This document shows, piece after piece, positions 51,831-64,000 of a DNA stretch of 64,000 nucleotides. The translations under genes and the position numbers were made by a program. The stretch lies in contig MU054338.1 in NCBI GenBank assembly GCA_013239625.1, positions 5,370,724 through 5,434,723 on the forward strand, read 5' to 3'. A model generated the notes under the pieces. That model saw only the letters and a program-made list of their open reading frames with translations. It had not been told where the DNA came from and did not search any database. Each line of letters begins with the position of its first letter. Position 1 is the first letter of the stretch. Source of the DNA: Lama guanicoe (taxonomy: Eukaryota).

Positions 51831-54300
51831 AAAAGAATTGTTAAAGCAGTTTCATTGTATTATAACATTCTACCTTTCAAGGGGGCATTGATAAATTATT
51901 TGCATATTTTAAAGGAAAACACATAGAAAATAGAAGCAAACATATCAAAAATATTAGCGGTAATTAACTTGGGGTGGTAGAAATATCAGCAAACATCATT
52001 TTTGTTTTTCGATTAAAACTTGTTTTTCAGATTTGCCAAAATTCAAGTAAAACACAAGGGGAGAATGAGCTTTTTCCCTGAAAAGTGGGCATAAGCAGGT
52101 GTTCACTTGATAATGATTCATGATATGTTTGGGTTTTGTGCCTTTTTATATCTGCCATGTTTCACAAGAAAAAGTTTTCGAGAACTCCGCCCCAGGGAGC
52201 ATGCCGAGGGCAGCAGGCAGGCTAGCAGTGCTGAATTCTCCTTCCCCACGCCAAACTATGGAAATCATGGGAATGAGTTTTTTATTATACATTTTTTGAT
52301 TGAGGTGAAGTTCCCATAAAATAAGTAATTTTCAAGTGGACGACTCAAGGCCATTTGGTACATTCGCAATGTTGGGCAATCACCCCCTCTAGTTCCAAGA
52401 CATTTTCATCACCACCCTCCACCCCGACACACACACAAAAATGCTGTGCCCAAGAAGCCATCGCTTCCCACCCCTCCCTCCCCCAGCCTGTGACAGCCAC
52501 CCACTTGCTCCCTGTCTCTGTGGATTTACCTATTCTGGATATTTCATGTACATGAAATCCCCTTTCTCTAGGACATGCAGACACACCAGCAGCACCTTCA
52601 GCCTCACCCACCTCCACCCAGGCAGTGAGCGCCTCCACTTCCTGAAATGTGAGGGTGGAATTCCAGCCACCTTCCCAGTGAGAAACAAGGTTAGAGCATT
52701 AGGTCTTTTCTCTGTTCACCCCTGAGTCAGCATTCCTGGATCTTGCCTGACCTGACGGTGTCCTGTCCATCTAGCGCTAGGTGCCCCTGGACCACTGGTC
52801 CCTCAGCCTGACATAGGAATTCTGGTAATTTCCATTCACGGAGGCTTACATCCGCATGTGCTCGTGTTTGTTCCCCAGAGTGTTGTTCTTCGTGTGTTTT
52901 TTGCCACATTCTAGTGACTTAGGCATGCTGTCCCATGTGTCTTCACGTGTTCTGTGGGCTCACGTGTATTATCACGTGTGTGTTTCTGTGATGCCTCTGT
53001 AGAGGCTACGTTTTATTCTATATAGGGCTGTGTTACAGGGGGCCTACATGGAGAACCCAGGAGACTTCTCCAAGGTGCTGAAAGTTCAGCATGCAAGACC
53101 CACGTCCAACCAATCTCCCCACGGAGGCAAGGTTACTCCTCCAGGAAGCCTTCTCAGATTGCCCCCACCTCTTTTTCAGCTGGTGGATGCAACAACCACT
53201 GCCTGTGCCTTCAAGCCCCTAGCCCCTCCCCACCACCTGGCCCTGCAAAGCCTGGCCTCAGCTGTGCAGATCCTAGATTCACAATCCAGGAATGAGGACC
53301 TCCTGACCAGACAACAGCCACCCAGCCAGGCACTCCCATGGAGGAAGGCTCAGCCAGAGAGGTGATCTGACACGAGACCAGTGCACAATAGACAAAACCT
53401 AACAACACAAGAAAATAAAGAAACAACACAGATTAAAGCAATTGGCAAAACAGAGAGGAAGAGGAAAGGGAGGAACTGGAGCAGTCACTTAATGAGTAGG
53501 GGGTGATGGAAATATTTTGAAACTAGACAGAGGGGACTTTTGCACAACATGGTGAGTGTACTGAATGTCCCTGGATCGTTTTCTTTCAAAAGGTTAATTT
53601 TGTTAATGTGAATTTCACCTCAACGAGAACAAAACAGGTAAGAGTATGGAACACGATAGGAAAATTCAGGCCAATTTTCAATAATGTCCAGAAAAGCACA
53701 GATGAATCAACCTCAGAAAAATCAGGGAGATTTATCTCTGTCAGCCGATGGACTTGCTTCTGACCTGGGCACTTGTTCCAGCACACATGTGTTCTATAAA
53801 CTCACACTTGAGAATGACAGAGCTCATTCAGACACAGCACTTGGGCAACTCAACATCCTTCTGTGCCTGTAAGCTGAGTGTTAACACAAGTGTAAAGTAA
53901 CTTAAATACGCTAGCAGGGTTTCAAAGTTACCTTTTTAACTGTTACATTTGTAATAAGCATACAGAAATATAGACCAGAATTCGCCTTCTTAACAAATTC
54001 AGAGATTGTGACACCTGCTACGACATGGATGAACCATGAGGACATGATGCTGAGTGAAACAAGTCAGACACAATTCCATATTTATGAAGTCCCCAGAGTA
54101 GTCAGATTCTACAGACAGAAAGTCACATGGTGGGTGCCAGGGGCTGGGGGGGGAGGGGGAGGAGGAGGAATTAATGTTTAATGGAGATAGAGTTTCAGTT
54201 TTACCAGATGAAGAGTTCTGGAGATGGCTGGTGGGGATAGTTGCACAAGGCGGATGTACTTAATGCCACTGAATTATGTACTTAAAAATGGTAAATTTCC

Positions 54301-54415
54301 AGGGGAGGGTAGAGCTCAGTGGTAGAGCGCATGCCTAGCATGCACGAGGTCCTGGCTTCAATCCTTAATATCTCTATTAAAAATAAGCAAATAAATAAAC
54401 CTAATGCCCCCCCAG
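54301..54415 (+). mobile_element. tRNA-derived SINE; further intergenic copies at about 49755-49862(-), 57081-57210(+), 58300-58375(+), 58880-59010(+), 59465-59600(+), 61690-61835(+), 62060-62196(-)
   Basis: Same SINE head and tail consensus. Confidence 0.85.
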
Positions 54416-54600
54416 TTTTTTTAAATGGTAAATTTCAATGTTATGTATAATTTACAGAAAAGAAAAAAAGAAAAAAGGGTGAAGGTGGCTTGAAGGGAAA
54501 GAGAGTGAGGAAGGTTCCAGGCAAAAACAAATGCATAAATACTGGGGAGAACTGCAAAACAAGCCAAAATCAGCAGGTGGTCAAAAGGAATCCCATGGGA

Positions 54601-54965
54601 GTCTGGGGAGGAGGAGAGAGGGAAGAGTGAACAGATGGAGCACAAGGAATTTTTAGGGCAAGGAAATTATTCTCTACGATACTACAGTGGTGGCTACATG
54701 TCATTATGCATTTGTCAAAACCCATAGAATGCACAACATCAAGAGTGAACCCTAATGTAAACTATGGACTTCGGTTGATAATAATGTGCCCATGTTGGTC
54801 CATTGATTGTACCAAATATGCCGCACTGATGACGGATGTTGAGGGCAGGGGAGTATATACGTGTGGGTGGGGAGGGATATGTGCAAACTCTGTATTTTCT
54901 GCTCAATTCTGCTGTGAACCTGAAACTGCTCTAAAAAAATAAAGTTTATTCCAAAAAAAAAAAAA
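54601..54965 (+). mobile_element. L1M 3' fragment with TSD GGAATCCCATGGGA
   Basis: A tail; identical 14-mer at 54587-54600 and 54967-54980. Confidence 0.8.
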
Positions 54966-54977
54966 GGGAATCCCATG

Positions 54978-56165
54978 GGAACACTCTTTGACATAAATCG
55001 TAGCTGTATTTTTTTGCACCAGTTCCTAGAGTAATGGAAATAAAAGCAATAATAAACAAATGGGATCTAATTAAACTTAAAAGCTCTTGCACAGCTAAGG
55101 AAACCATCAACAAGATGTAAAGACCACCTACAGAATGGGAGAAAATATTCGCAAACTATGCAACCAACAAGGGTCTAATTTCCAAAATATACAAACAGTT
55201 CATACACCTTAATATTAAAAGAAAAAAAGCAATCTAATCAAAAAATGGGCAGAAGACCTAAATGGACATCTCTCCAAAGAAGACATCCAGATGGCCAACA
55301 AGCACATGAAAAGATGCTCAATATCGCTAATTATTAGAGAAACGCACATCAAAACTACAGTGAATACCAACTCACACCGGTCAGAACAGCCATCATCAAA
55401 AAGTCCATAAATGATACATGCTGGAGAGGGTGTGGAGAGAAGGGAACCCTCCTATGCTGCTGGTGGGAATGTAAACTGGTGCAGCCATTATGGAAAACAG
55501 TATGGAGACTCCTCAAAAAACTAAAAATAGACTTACCCTATGATCCAGCAATCCCACTCCTGGGCATATATCTGGAAGAAACTGTAATTGAAAAAGATAC
55601 ATGCACCCCAATGTTCACAGCAGCACTATTTACAACAGCCAAGACATGGAAACAACCTAAATGTCTATCAACAGATAAATGGATAAAGAAGACGTGTTAC
55701 ATACATACAATGGAATAGTACTCAGCCATAGAAAAGAATGAAATAATGCCACTTGCAGCAACATGGATGGACCTGGAGACTGTCATTCTAAGTGAAATAA
55801 GCCAAAGGGAAAGAAAAATACCGTATCATTTACATCTGGAATCTAGAAAAAAAAAGACACAAATGAACTTATGTAAAAAACAGAGACTTACAGACAGAAA
55901 ATAAACTTACGGTTACCGGGGCAAAGCAGGTGGGGAAGGGATAAATTAAGAGTTTGGGATTAGCAGATACAAACTACTATATATAAAATAAATAAACAAG
56001 TTTCTACTGTATAGCACGGGGAACTATATTCAATATCTTGCAGTAACCTATAATGAAAAAATATGAAAAGGAATATATATGTATATGTATGACTGAAACA
56101 TTATGCTGTACATCAGAAATTGATGCAACATTGTAAACTGATTATAGTTCAATTTTTAAAAACTA
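54978..56165 (+). mobile_element. Relatively young 5'-truncated L1 (ORF2 C-terminus and 3'UTR)
   Basis: [31 protein letters not shown]...CTPMFTAALFTTAKTWKQPKC is close to the L1 ORF2p C-terminus; tail shared with 15720-16003, 57345-57500 and 61650-62030. Confidence 0.92.
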
Positions 56166-56613
56166 AATGAGGAGAAAAGAAAAAACCTTCCTCCTTGTCT
56201 TTGTGGACTCTTAAATCAAAACAAAGCAGTAACGTCCCAGGAAAAATGCTCATCACTGAGATTCACCAACAGAACTACAGAAAGAGCTTAGGGTGGTCCC
56301 CTTCCTCTGATGATTTGTGATGGACCCCAGCCCTTTACCCGTTGTATTAACAGTCTTTGGAGCCTGGATTAATGTTAATTAGAAACACTTTCATATTAGG
56401 CACTAACTTTCCCCACATTCTGTAAATTTCTAAGTCGCAGGGGAAAAAAACATATTTTTGGCTTTTACATTATCAAGAGAATCCTGTCTATGTATATGAG
56501 AGCAGGGGTTTAAACTGGAAGAGAAAGCACAAGGACCAACCTTCCCGCCTCTAAAAAAAAAAGAAAAGAAAAAAGAAACCCATGGCTGGACGGGCGAGTC
56601 AAGTGCAGGGAGA

Positions 56614-56629
56614 CAGCGCCACCTACCGG
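56614..56629 (-). promoter_or_regulatory. Candidate CTCF site
   Basis: Minus strand CCGGTAGGTGGCGCTG closely matches the CTCF core consensus; lies in a small CpG-retaining, apparently non-repeat patch. Confidence 0.6.
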
Positions 56630-59600
56630 TGACTTCCTGCGTCCTTCAAGGAGCTGGGAAAACAGGCATAGGAGCCACTGCGATCTCCCCCGTGTACCAT
56701 CATTCCTGTTTTCCAAACACTGTGGCTGACCTGCCAGCATCACTGAGAAAATAGAAATCAGCAGAAAAAACCTTCCACAACCGCCACACAGCACCAGGGG
56801 TGCATATGAACCTGCATCTAGGTCCACACACCAGCTCAACCTTCTTTCCTGCTGCTGTGAGTAAGCGATCTGCCCTGATCCCAGGCAAACCCAGGCCACC
56901 TCCACTAGTTCCCACCCCACTTGCCTACGTAACGAGCCACCCCAACAGCCCTCCCTCTATATTAGATTATTCCCATCGGCACGCAAATATGCTGACTCAT
57001 CGTCTAGCTTTTTCTGTTTTGTTTTTATTATTGAGAGGAAATCCACATAACACAAAATTAACCATTTAAAAGTAAACTTCAGGGAGAGGGTATAGCTCAG
57101 GGGCAGAGTGCCTGCTTAGCATGCATGAGGTGCCGGGTTCAACCCCCAGTATCTCCGTTAAAATAAATAAATAAATAAACCTATTTACTCCCCAAACCCC
57201 CCCCCAAAAGTAAACTTCAGTGGCATTTAGTTCATTAGTAAAGCTGTGCAAAATCAAAACCAAAAAAATACAGTGTTAACTTAAGCCAGAAAATTTCAAT
57301 TAGATAAATCACTTCTTTAAAGAGGGATCTCCTTATACAACTAGTTTCTACTTTACAGCAGAGGGAACTATATTCAATATCTTGTAATAACCTATAATGG
57401 GAAAGAATCTAAAAAAGAAAAAATATATATACCTGAATCACTTTGCTGTATACCGGAAACACTGTAAATCAACTGTACTTCAATTGTAAAAAAAAAAAAG
57501 GGGGGGGATCTTATTGCCAAAACATCCTTTGAAACCTAAATCAATTGTAAATGAACTATACCTTGATTTAAAACCAAAAAACTAAATCAAAACATGCCCA
57601 CCTCAGCTCAAAATCTCTGAAAAACACCCCATCTCACTACGCAACCTCTGTACCCCCCACCCCAAACCCCTGCCGTCTCTAACAGCAAATCTTAGGACCA
57701 CTGCCACTGCCACTCCCTGCAGACCTCCTGTTTCCGGAACACATTTCTGCCTCAGGGCCTTTGCACTGGTTGTTCCCTGTTCCGGGAATGTCCTTCACCT
57801 ACGAGCCTGCACAGCTCACCCATCCTCTTACTTCCTTCAGGTGTCCACTCAGTTGTCTCCCTATTCAGGAGGACCCTTTTGACTAATACAAAAATAGTGA
57901 CCCTTCTTACCCCAACCCAGCAAGACGATCCCTCCTTCTACTCTGGCTTTTAGTCCCCAGAACTTAGCACCCTCTGACATGGATGTACTGGTTGGTTGGT
58001 AGATTGTCTGTCCCCTCCCCTCAACTCCACATCATGGGGGAGGGGACTTTGCTTTGTTCAAAGCCAACTTTCCAGCACCGACAACAATGCCTGGCACCAG
58101 GTTGGTGCTCAGTGAATGTTTGTTCTCCTCCACACATTAACCTACAAGTGCAGTGCAATCCCAATGTCCCAAAGAGATATTCTATGAGCCACCACCAAGC
58201 TCAGGAAAAGACTCCCATACTACCAGCGAGAGGTGGTGGTTGCATGATGTTACCTGTGTGCTCAATGCTGCTGAATTGTTTACTTGAAAAAGGTTAAGTT
58301 TGGGAGAGTATAGCTCAGGGGCAGAGCGCATGCTTAGCATCCCCAGTACCTCCATTGAAAAAACAAACAAACAAAGCATGAAAAGTCAAAGAGTGGACGG
58401 TGGCCCAGTTCCTGGGAATCCCAGCCCCTCCCCCATGGTAGTTGGAAGGGTCCTCCCACTTGTTGGCATGTGAAGCTACTGAACCCATAAAAACTGGCAA
58501 CACCGTGCTTCGCTGCCTCTCTCGCTTCCTCATCTTCAGAGACGGCCCGCACTGTCTATGCAGCGTGTACCTACTTATACTTTAACTGAGCACCCAGCCC
58601 CCACACCTCGTGGCCTCTCTCTCACCTTCTGAGACAGCCTACACTCTATGCAGTATGTATCTCTCTAAATAAATCTTTACTCAAAAAAAAAACCCACAAA
58701 TAAATAAACCTAATAACCCTCCACAAAAATTTAAAAACAACCAAATAAACAAACCTAATTTCCTCCCACTCCCCCCAAAAAAGCCTACATTTTTTTCAAA
58801 AATAGGAAAAAAAATAACAAGTTGAAGATTTTATATTAAAAAAAAAGAAGGAAAAAAATTTTAATTTAAAAGAAAAAAGAAGGGAAGTGGGTCTAGCTCA
58901 GTGGTAGGGCACATGGTTTTGCATGTATGAGGTCCTGGGTTCAACCCCTGGTACCTCCATAATAAATAAGTAAATAAACCTAATTACCTCCCCCTCAAAA
59001 AAAGAAGTGAAAAAGAAACAATCGTTAAGTTTCTGTTATTCCAATTAAATTAAATTTCTGTTTTTTCCACTTCAATTAAAAAAAAACCCACAGTGTAATA
59101 CCATCGTACACCTGTTAGAACAGCTAAAATTAAAGCCTGCCCACCCATACCAGGTGATGGCAAGGCTGTGAGGGGAGGAGAATATATACATTGCTGGGGA
59201 AGGGAGAGTAAGAATACATCCACTTTGAAAAACATTTGGGCCATTTCTTTGGAATTAAATAGACCCTTACCATAGGATGCAACCCCTCCACTCCTGGGTA
59301 TTTTACCCAAAAGAGATAAAAGCAGATGAACACACTTATACATAAATGTTCACAGCAGCTTTCTTTGCAAAAATCAAAAACCAGAAACCATCTAGATATC
59401 CATGGGTCAATGGACATGAGACAGTCATACAATGGACTACAGCTTGGCAATGAAACTGAGCTCATGGGGTGAGTGTAGCTCAGTGGTAGAGCGCCTGCCT
59501 AGCGTGCATGAGGTCCTGGGTTCAATCCCCAGTACCTCCTCTGAAAGAAAATAAATAAGAATGTAAAAAAGATTAACTACCCCCCCCACACACACAAAGA

Positions 59601-61399
59601 AAAACTCAGCTTACTTTTAATACATGCAGTATGTCTACATCTTAAAATAATTGTGCCAGGTGAAAACCACAAGGCAAAAAAAAAAAACAGTACATGATAT
59701 ACAACTAATCTATAGTGTCTGAAGCCAATTGGTGGTTGCTTGGGTAAGTGAGGTGGGGGAGGGGGATCAAAAAGGCCACAAGGAAACTTTTGGGGAAGAA
59801 CCTTGAAAACATGATGCTCAGTGAAAGAAGCCAGACACCAGAGGTCACCCAGGTACACTTCCACTTATATGAGATGTCCCGGAACAGGCGAATCCACAGA
59901 GACAGAACGTAAATTAGTGGTTGCCAGGGGCTGGGGGGTGGGGGTGGGGGCAGGGCAACTGCTATTGGGGAAGGGGGTTCCTTTTGGGGTGATGAAAATG
60001 TCTTGCAACTAGACAGATGTGATGAATGTGGACCATGGGTGCACTAAATGCCAGGGAACTACAGACTTTCAAAGAGTTAATGGTTACTTTCATGTTATGG
60101 GAATTTTTCCTCAATTTAAAAAAAAGAGAGAGAAATGGTGAAAGCTGGATAAAGATACACACACAACACTCCACCCCAATTCTCCCTCCTCATCTTTACC
60201 ATTGCAGCCCCCACACTCACTCCCGACTCCATCCCCCACTGGCCACCTCCACAGCGCATCAGAATTTCACCGGGTACTGGGAACCATGCCCAACCATCCA
60301 CATCCCCCTCCTTGTGGGCTCCCCACACATCCCTCCCTTTTCAAGCTGGACCCTCCTCGGAATTTCCTGGAAGTAACTGACTGGCTTACTGGCCCAGGGA
60401 AGGATGACAAAGCCGCCCCTGAGACCTCAAAGCCACCTGTCAGTCAGCTCCTTCAAGAGGAGGGGAGTCCCCCACGCCCCAGGCACCAGACATGATGTTC
60501 TGGCCTCCAGACGCCAGCAGCCACCATGCACCAGGGACAAAGAGCCACCAGCCAGGCCAGGCAACCTGGAACCACAAGAGAGGATACAGGGGTTGTGTGG
60601 AGCCCATGGGCGCAGGGGCACAGGGTGGTTTGTGCCACTGATCACTGAGAACCCAGCTGACACCCCAGAAAGATCTAGATCCAGACCTCAAGTCAGGTGG
60701 CGTGGGACATCTGCAGCTGGCCTCGTGCCCCTTGACATGCCCCCTTGGCCCACTGCAGCTGACCACACTTGAACAAAAGTTTAGAAGGAAAAAAATCTAA
60801 AATCAAGAAAATTCTACTCTCTAGTGTAATTCCTTCCTGCCAGCTGGGAGGAGCCCACAGTTCTGCAGCAGGAAACAGCCCAGCTCAGGGGGCGGGGATC
60901 CAGTGGGCGCCAAGGGAAGGCCTTGTACCCCAAAGGCTGGGCACCCTCTGCTCCACGTCAGTCAAGGTCCCTGCAGCCCACCTCCCAAACCTCTACCACT
61001 GCCCAGCAGAGAACCCAGTCCCCAGCGTGCTGCCTGAGGCCTAGACTCCAAAACCCACCTCAACTCCCTTCCCAAGTGGGGGTGGGGTCTCAAAGCTGAA
61101 CTGTACCACCCCCAGAAAGCACGACCCCAGTCTCCTCCCAGCATCTTGTCTTCAGGGGCCAGCTCCCTGCCTGCCAGATGTCAGAGCCCCGAGACCCGGG
61201 GTGGAACCCTGGGTGCTCCCCCAGCACTGGGTCGCACCAGGCCCGCTGGTGACAGGCACCCTAGTCCACTTCCAAGGATGTCAAGGAAGTCAGTGCCTCA
61301 CAGGGAGGCTCCCGGGGCCCTGGCCACCCCATTTGGAGATGAAGAAAACAAGGGTCAGAGAAGACCCCTGTGCTCACACCCCAGCAGGAGCAAACCACT

Positions 61400-61914
61400 C
61401 ACCAGCAAGTGTGCGTCTCATATGCAAACCAATCCAGAGTCACTATCCCCCCCCATCACCCCAGGGCCAGGTGCTAGACAACGAGAGCCAGCGCACTGTA
61501 AGTGCCCAACATTAAGCTTTTGATCGCCGACGTCCACCATAAATAAACAGTTCGCCAGCTGTAGAACAGCTACTGGCAACACAACCCCCCCCCCCCAGGT
61601 TATCTGGCAACCCGACCCATGGAAATTCCCCTTTCAAAAAGCCCTGGGGATACACACTGCTATCTATAAAACAGATAAACAAGAAGTTTTGGGGGGAGGG
61701 TACAGCTCACTGGTAGAGTGTGTGCTTAGCATGCCCAAGGTCCAGGGTTCAACCCTTAGTACCTCCATTAAAAACAAATTAATAAAAAACCTAACTACCT
61801 CCCCATCCAAAAAAAAATTTTTTAGAAAAAAAAAAGTTTCTACTGTATAGCACAGGGAACTATATTCAATATCTTGTAATGACCAATAATGGAAAAGAAC
61901 CTGAAAAATAATAG

Positions 61915-61960
<46 letters not shown>

Positions 61961-62943
61961 CTGAATCACTTTGCTGTACACCTGAAACTAACACAACATT
62001 GTAAATCAGCTATAGTTCAATTTAAAAAATTTTTTAATTAAAATTTTTAAAATTAATTTTCTTTTTTTCTTGTTTGAGGTGGGGAGGTAATTAGGTTCAC
62101 TTATTTATTTATTCACTTGATGGAGGTACTGGGGATTGAACCCAGGACTTCATGCATGCTAACCATGCGCTCTATCATTGAGCTATACCCTCCCACCTTT
62201 AACTAAAAAAAAATTTTTAAAGCTCTGGGGAACCTGGATAATTGACCCCCTGAGTGACCTGTCTTCCCTTCCTGCACCCTAATTCCCGCTCTTATGCTTT
62301 AAATTCACCAGTAAAGAATGAACACACGAAACTCCCACCTTTAGACTCTAACAAAGGCAGAGCCCCATGTCTGGCCTCCCTCCCTTCCTCCCTCCCCGCG
62401 ATCTTGCTGCAGAGCCCTCAGGGACCTGCATGTACCCTCCAGGACCTGTGAGTAATAGATCTTGTCCCTCAAAGATCCCTGATGGGTTCTGCTGAAGTAC
62501 ATCCTGCGATCATTGTAAGACAAAGAAGGGCCGGTCCAGCCACAAAGCTGGCTCCAATCAGTCAGGAAAGGGCTTGTGGCAAGTAGGAGGGGAGTGCCCC
62601 AGGCATTGCTCTCCAAGAGAATCCCTGATGATGGGCCAGATAACAGTCAGTGAGGACTCCCCCAAGGCTCCCGGAAATTATTCAAACTAGTCATTTCCCT
62701 GCCTGTTCACCCTGCCTCACTTATTTCTTCTGGTGGAAACCACAATAAAAGCTCTCACCCATGCTGTTTCCTCTCCCCCCTGCCTCCTGTCTGACCCTGG
62801 TGCTTCTCCGGGTAGCCCTGCATGGCAGGCTCTGCCCCTCCTTCTGGGCTCTGTGAGTAACAAAGCATTTTGTGAATGGCCGTCATGTTCTGATATGTTT
62901 GCCTCATTGTACCTGCATCACATAAAGCCTACATTTTGAAACA
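61400..62943 (+). mobile_element. MER74-like LTR split by a younger LTR (about 61497-62645) that itself contains an L1 tail and SINEs
   Basis: MER74-like halves (CCAATCCAGAG..CCAGGGCCAGGTGCTAGACAAC; GGAAACCACAATAAAAGCTCT..TGTGAGTAACAAA..CCTACATTTTGAAACA); TSD AAAGCYCTGGGGA at 61638-61650 and 62219-62231. Confidence 0.65.
61919..61958. repeat. (TA)n microsatellite; also (TA)n 29600-29631, (CA)n 11826-11850, (AATC)n 31024-31053
   Basis: Read directly from the sequence. Confidence 0.95.
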
Positions 62944-63270
62944 GAGTGGAGACCAACCAGCTTCCATCTCAAAGAGGAAGAAGACCTGACAGATGAGGGG
63001 GTCTACTGGCCCAGGACTCCAGGAGGCACTGCCCCAGTCCTGCTCCTCTTCGCAGAAGCCTGTCCTCCTGCCCCGCCCCTGCTGTTCCCTGCTCTGGATC
63101 CCAGGGAGCCAGGGGCAGAGTGGCCCAGCGGGCACCCAGGGCTGGGTCCCCAGCTTCTACCTTTTCTGGATGGGCGCTCCACCACAGAGGAGGGGCTGTA
63201 GCAGAGACCTCCAGGCTACCCTGGCAGAGGAAGACAGAGGCCCAGAGACAGGCAGACGATGTGAAGTAAC

Positions 63271-63276
63271 TTTAAT
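63271..63276 (-). terminator. CD320: CD320 polyadenylation signal ATTAAA (variant)
   Basis: TTTAAT on the plus strand, about 260 nt past the CD320 stop codon; first hexamer signal in the 3' UTR. Confidence 0.7.
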
Positions 63277-63537
63277 TACCACCCTCAGAGTAGGCAGCAG
63301 TAGGGGCTGGGGGCAGCCCCTCAGTTCTGGCTGTGGCATGTCCCCCATCCAGGCTCCTCATGTCCAGGGGAGGGTCTGGGTGCCTTCAGCCTCCAGGGCC
63401 ACATCTGCAGGAGCTCAGGTACTCAGCGCCACATGGCCAGAAGAACCCAGGTCTTCTCCTGTTGAGCCAGCAGCCATGTGCGTGTCTCCATACCTGGCAT
63501 AGTCGGAGACCAGAGATCTGGTGGCCAGAGCTTATCC

Positions 63538-63677
63538 TCAGAGCACTGAGGTCGTCCTCTCTGAATGCAGAGGCCCCTTCACAGCCACCAGCAGCCCCAG
63601 TGAGGACAGGCATCCCTGGGCATAGAGCCGCAACAACACAAAGAGGATGGCAGCCGCCAGACCTACACTTAGCACCA
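63538..63677 (-). CDS. CD320: CD320 last coding exon (TM helix and cytoplasmic tail)
   Basis: Minus strand cccacag|TGGTGCTAAGT...TGA; VVLSVGLAAAILFVLLRLYAQGCLSSLGLLVAVKGPLHSERTTSVL* resembles human VLSASLVTATLLLL...LGLLVAMKESLLLSEQKTSLP. Confidence 0.92.
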
Positions 63678-63831
63678 CTGTGGGGGAAGAGAGACAGGAG
63701 CGGGTGAAGGGGTGGCAGGGGCCTCCCCCAACCACCAAGCTCCTACACATGGGAAAGGAGAGGCTGCAGCCTGTCCGCTCCCAGGAGCAGCTGCTCCAAG
63801 CCCCAGGAAGGGGAGGGCCTGTTCCTCTTAC

Positions 63832-63990
63832 CAGCAGCTGCAATAACCCCATAGGCGCTTCGGTTTCCAGACTGAACTGAGCTCTGGTCCTTCATAGGGG
63901 TGACTGTGGAATTCCTGAGATAAGGGGTACTCTCCAGGGTCACAGAGGTCCCCATGGACGTGGCACTCCCTTCCTGGAGGGGCTTGGTTC
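63832..63990 (-). CDS. CD320: CD320 penultimate exon (Ser/Thr-rich stalk and start of TM)
   Basis: Minus strand ttgcag|GAACCAAG...GCTGCTG|gtaaga, phase 1-1, 159 nt; (G)TKPLQEGSATSMGTSVTLESTPYLRNSTVTPMKDQSSVQSGNRSAYGVIAAA resembles human ...TTMGPPVTLESV...AYGVIAAA; synteny with CERS4. Confidence 0.92.
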
Positions 63991-64000
63991 CTGCAATAAG

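Noticed and set aside
55479..55718. L1 ORF2-like peptide as a functional gene
   Set aside because: 5'-truncated L1 with in-frame stops nearby and no EN/RT domains.

Overview
Mammalian genomic DNA, very likely camelid (about 23 copies of a tRNA-derived SINE resembling the camelid vic-1 family, plus cetartiodactyl-type L1 3' tails). The window holds the complete ceramide synthase 4 gene (CERS4, + strand): a CpG-island promoter and non-coding first exon at about 20.2-20.5 kb, 10 coding exons from 39920 to 46757 (393 aa, all GT-AG introns, consistent phases) and AATAAA at 47044. It also holds the last two exons and 3' UTR of CD320 (transcobalamin receptor, - strand, 63271-63990), convergent with CERS4 as in human 19p13.2. 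Almost everything else is interspersed repeat (L1, L2, MIR, SINE, MaLR/ERV LTRs, hAT MITEs), often nested with visible target-site duplications (TSDs), plus simple repeats. Nearly all ORFs in the supplied track are spurious. I found no convincing novel biological system. The best leads are substitutions in the CERS4 acyl-chain specificity loop and Hox-like domain, an in-frame stop-free last intron, a polyadenylated LTR fragment inside a SINE, a strong CTCF motif between the genes and an unassigned 1.1 kb intronic segment. Orthologue comparisons and repeat family names are from memory and were not computed.
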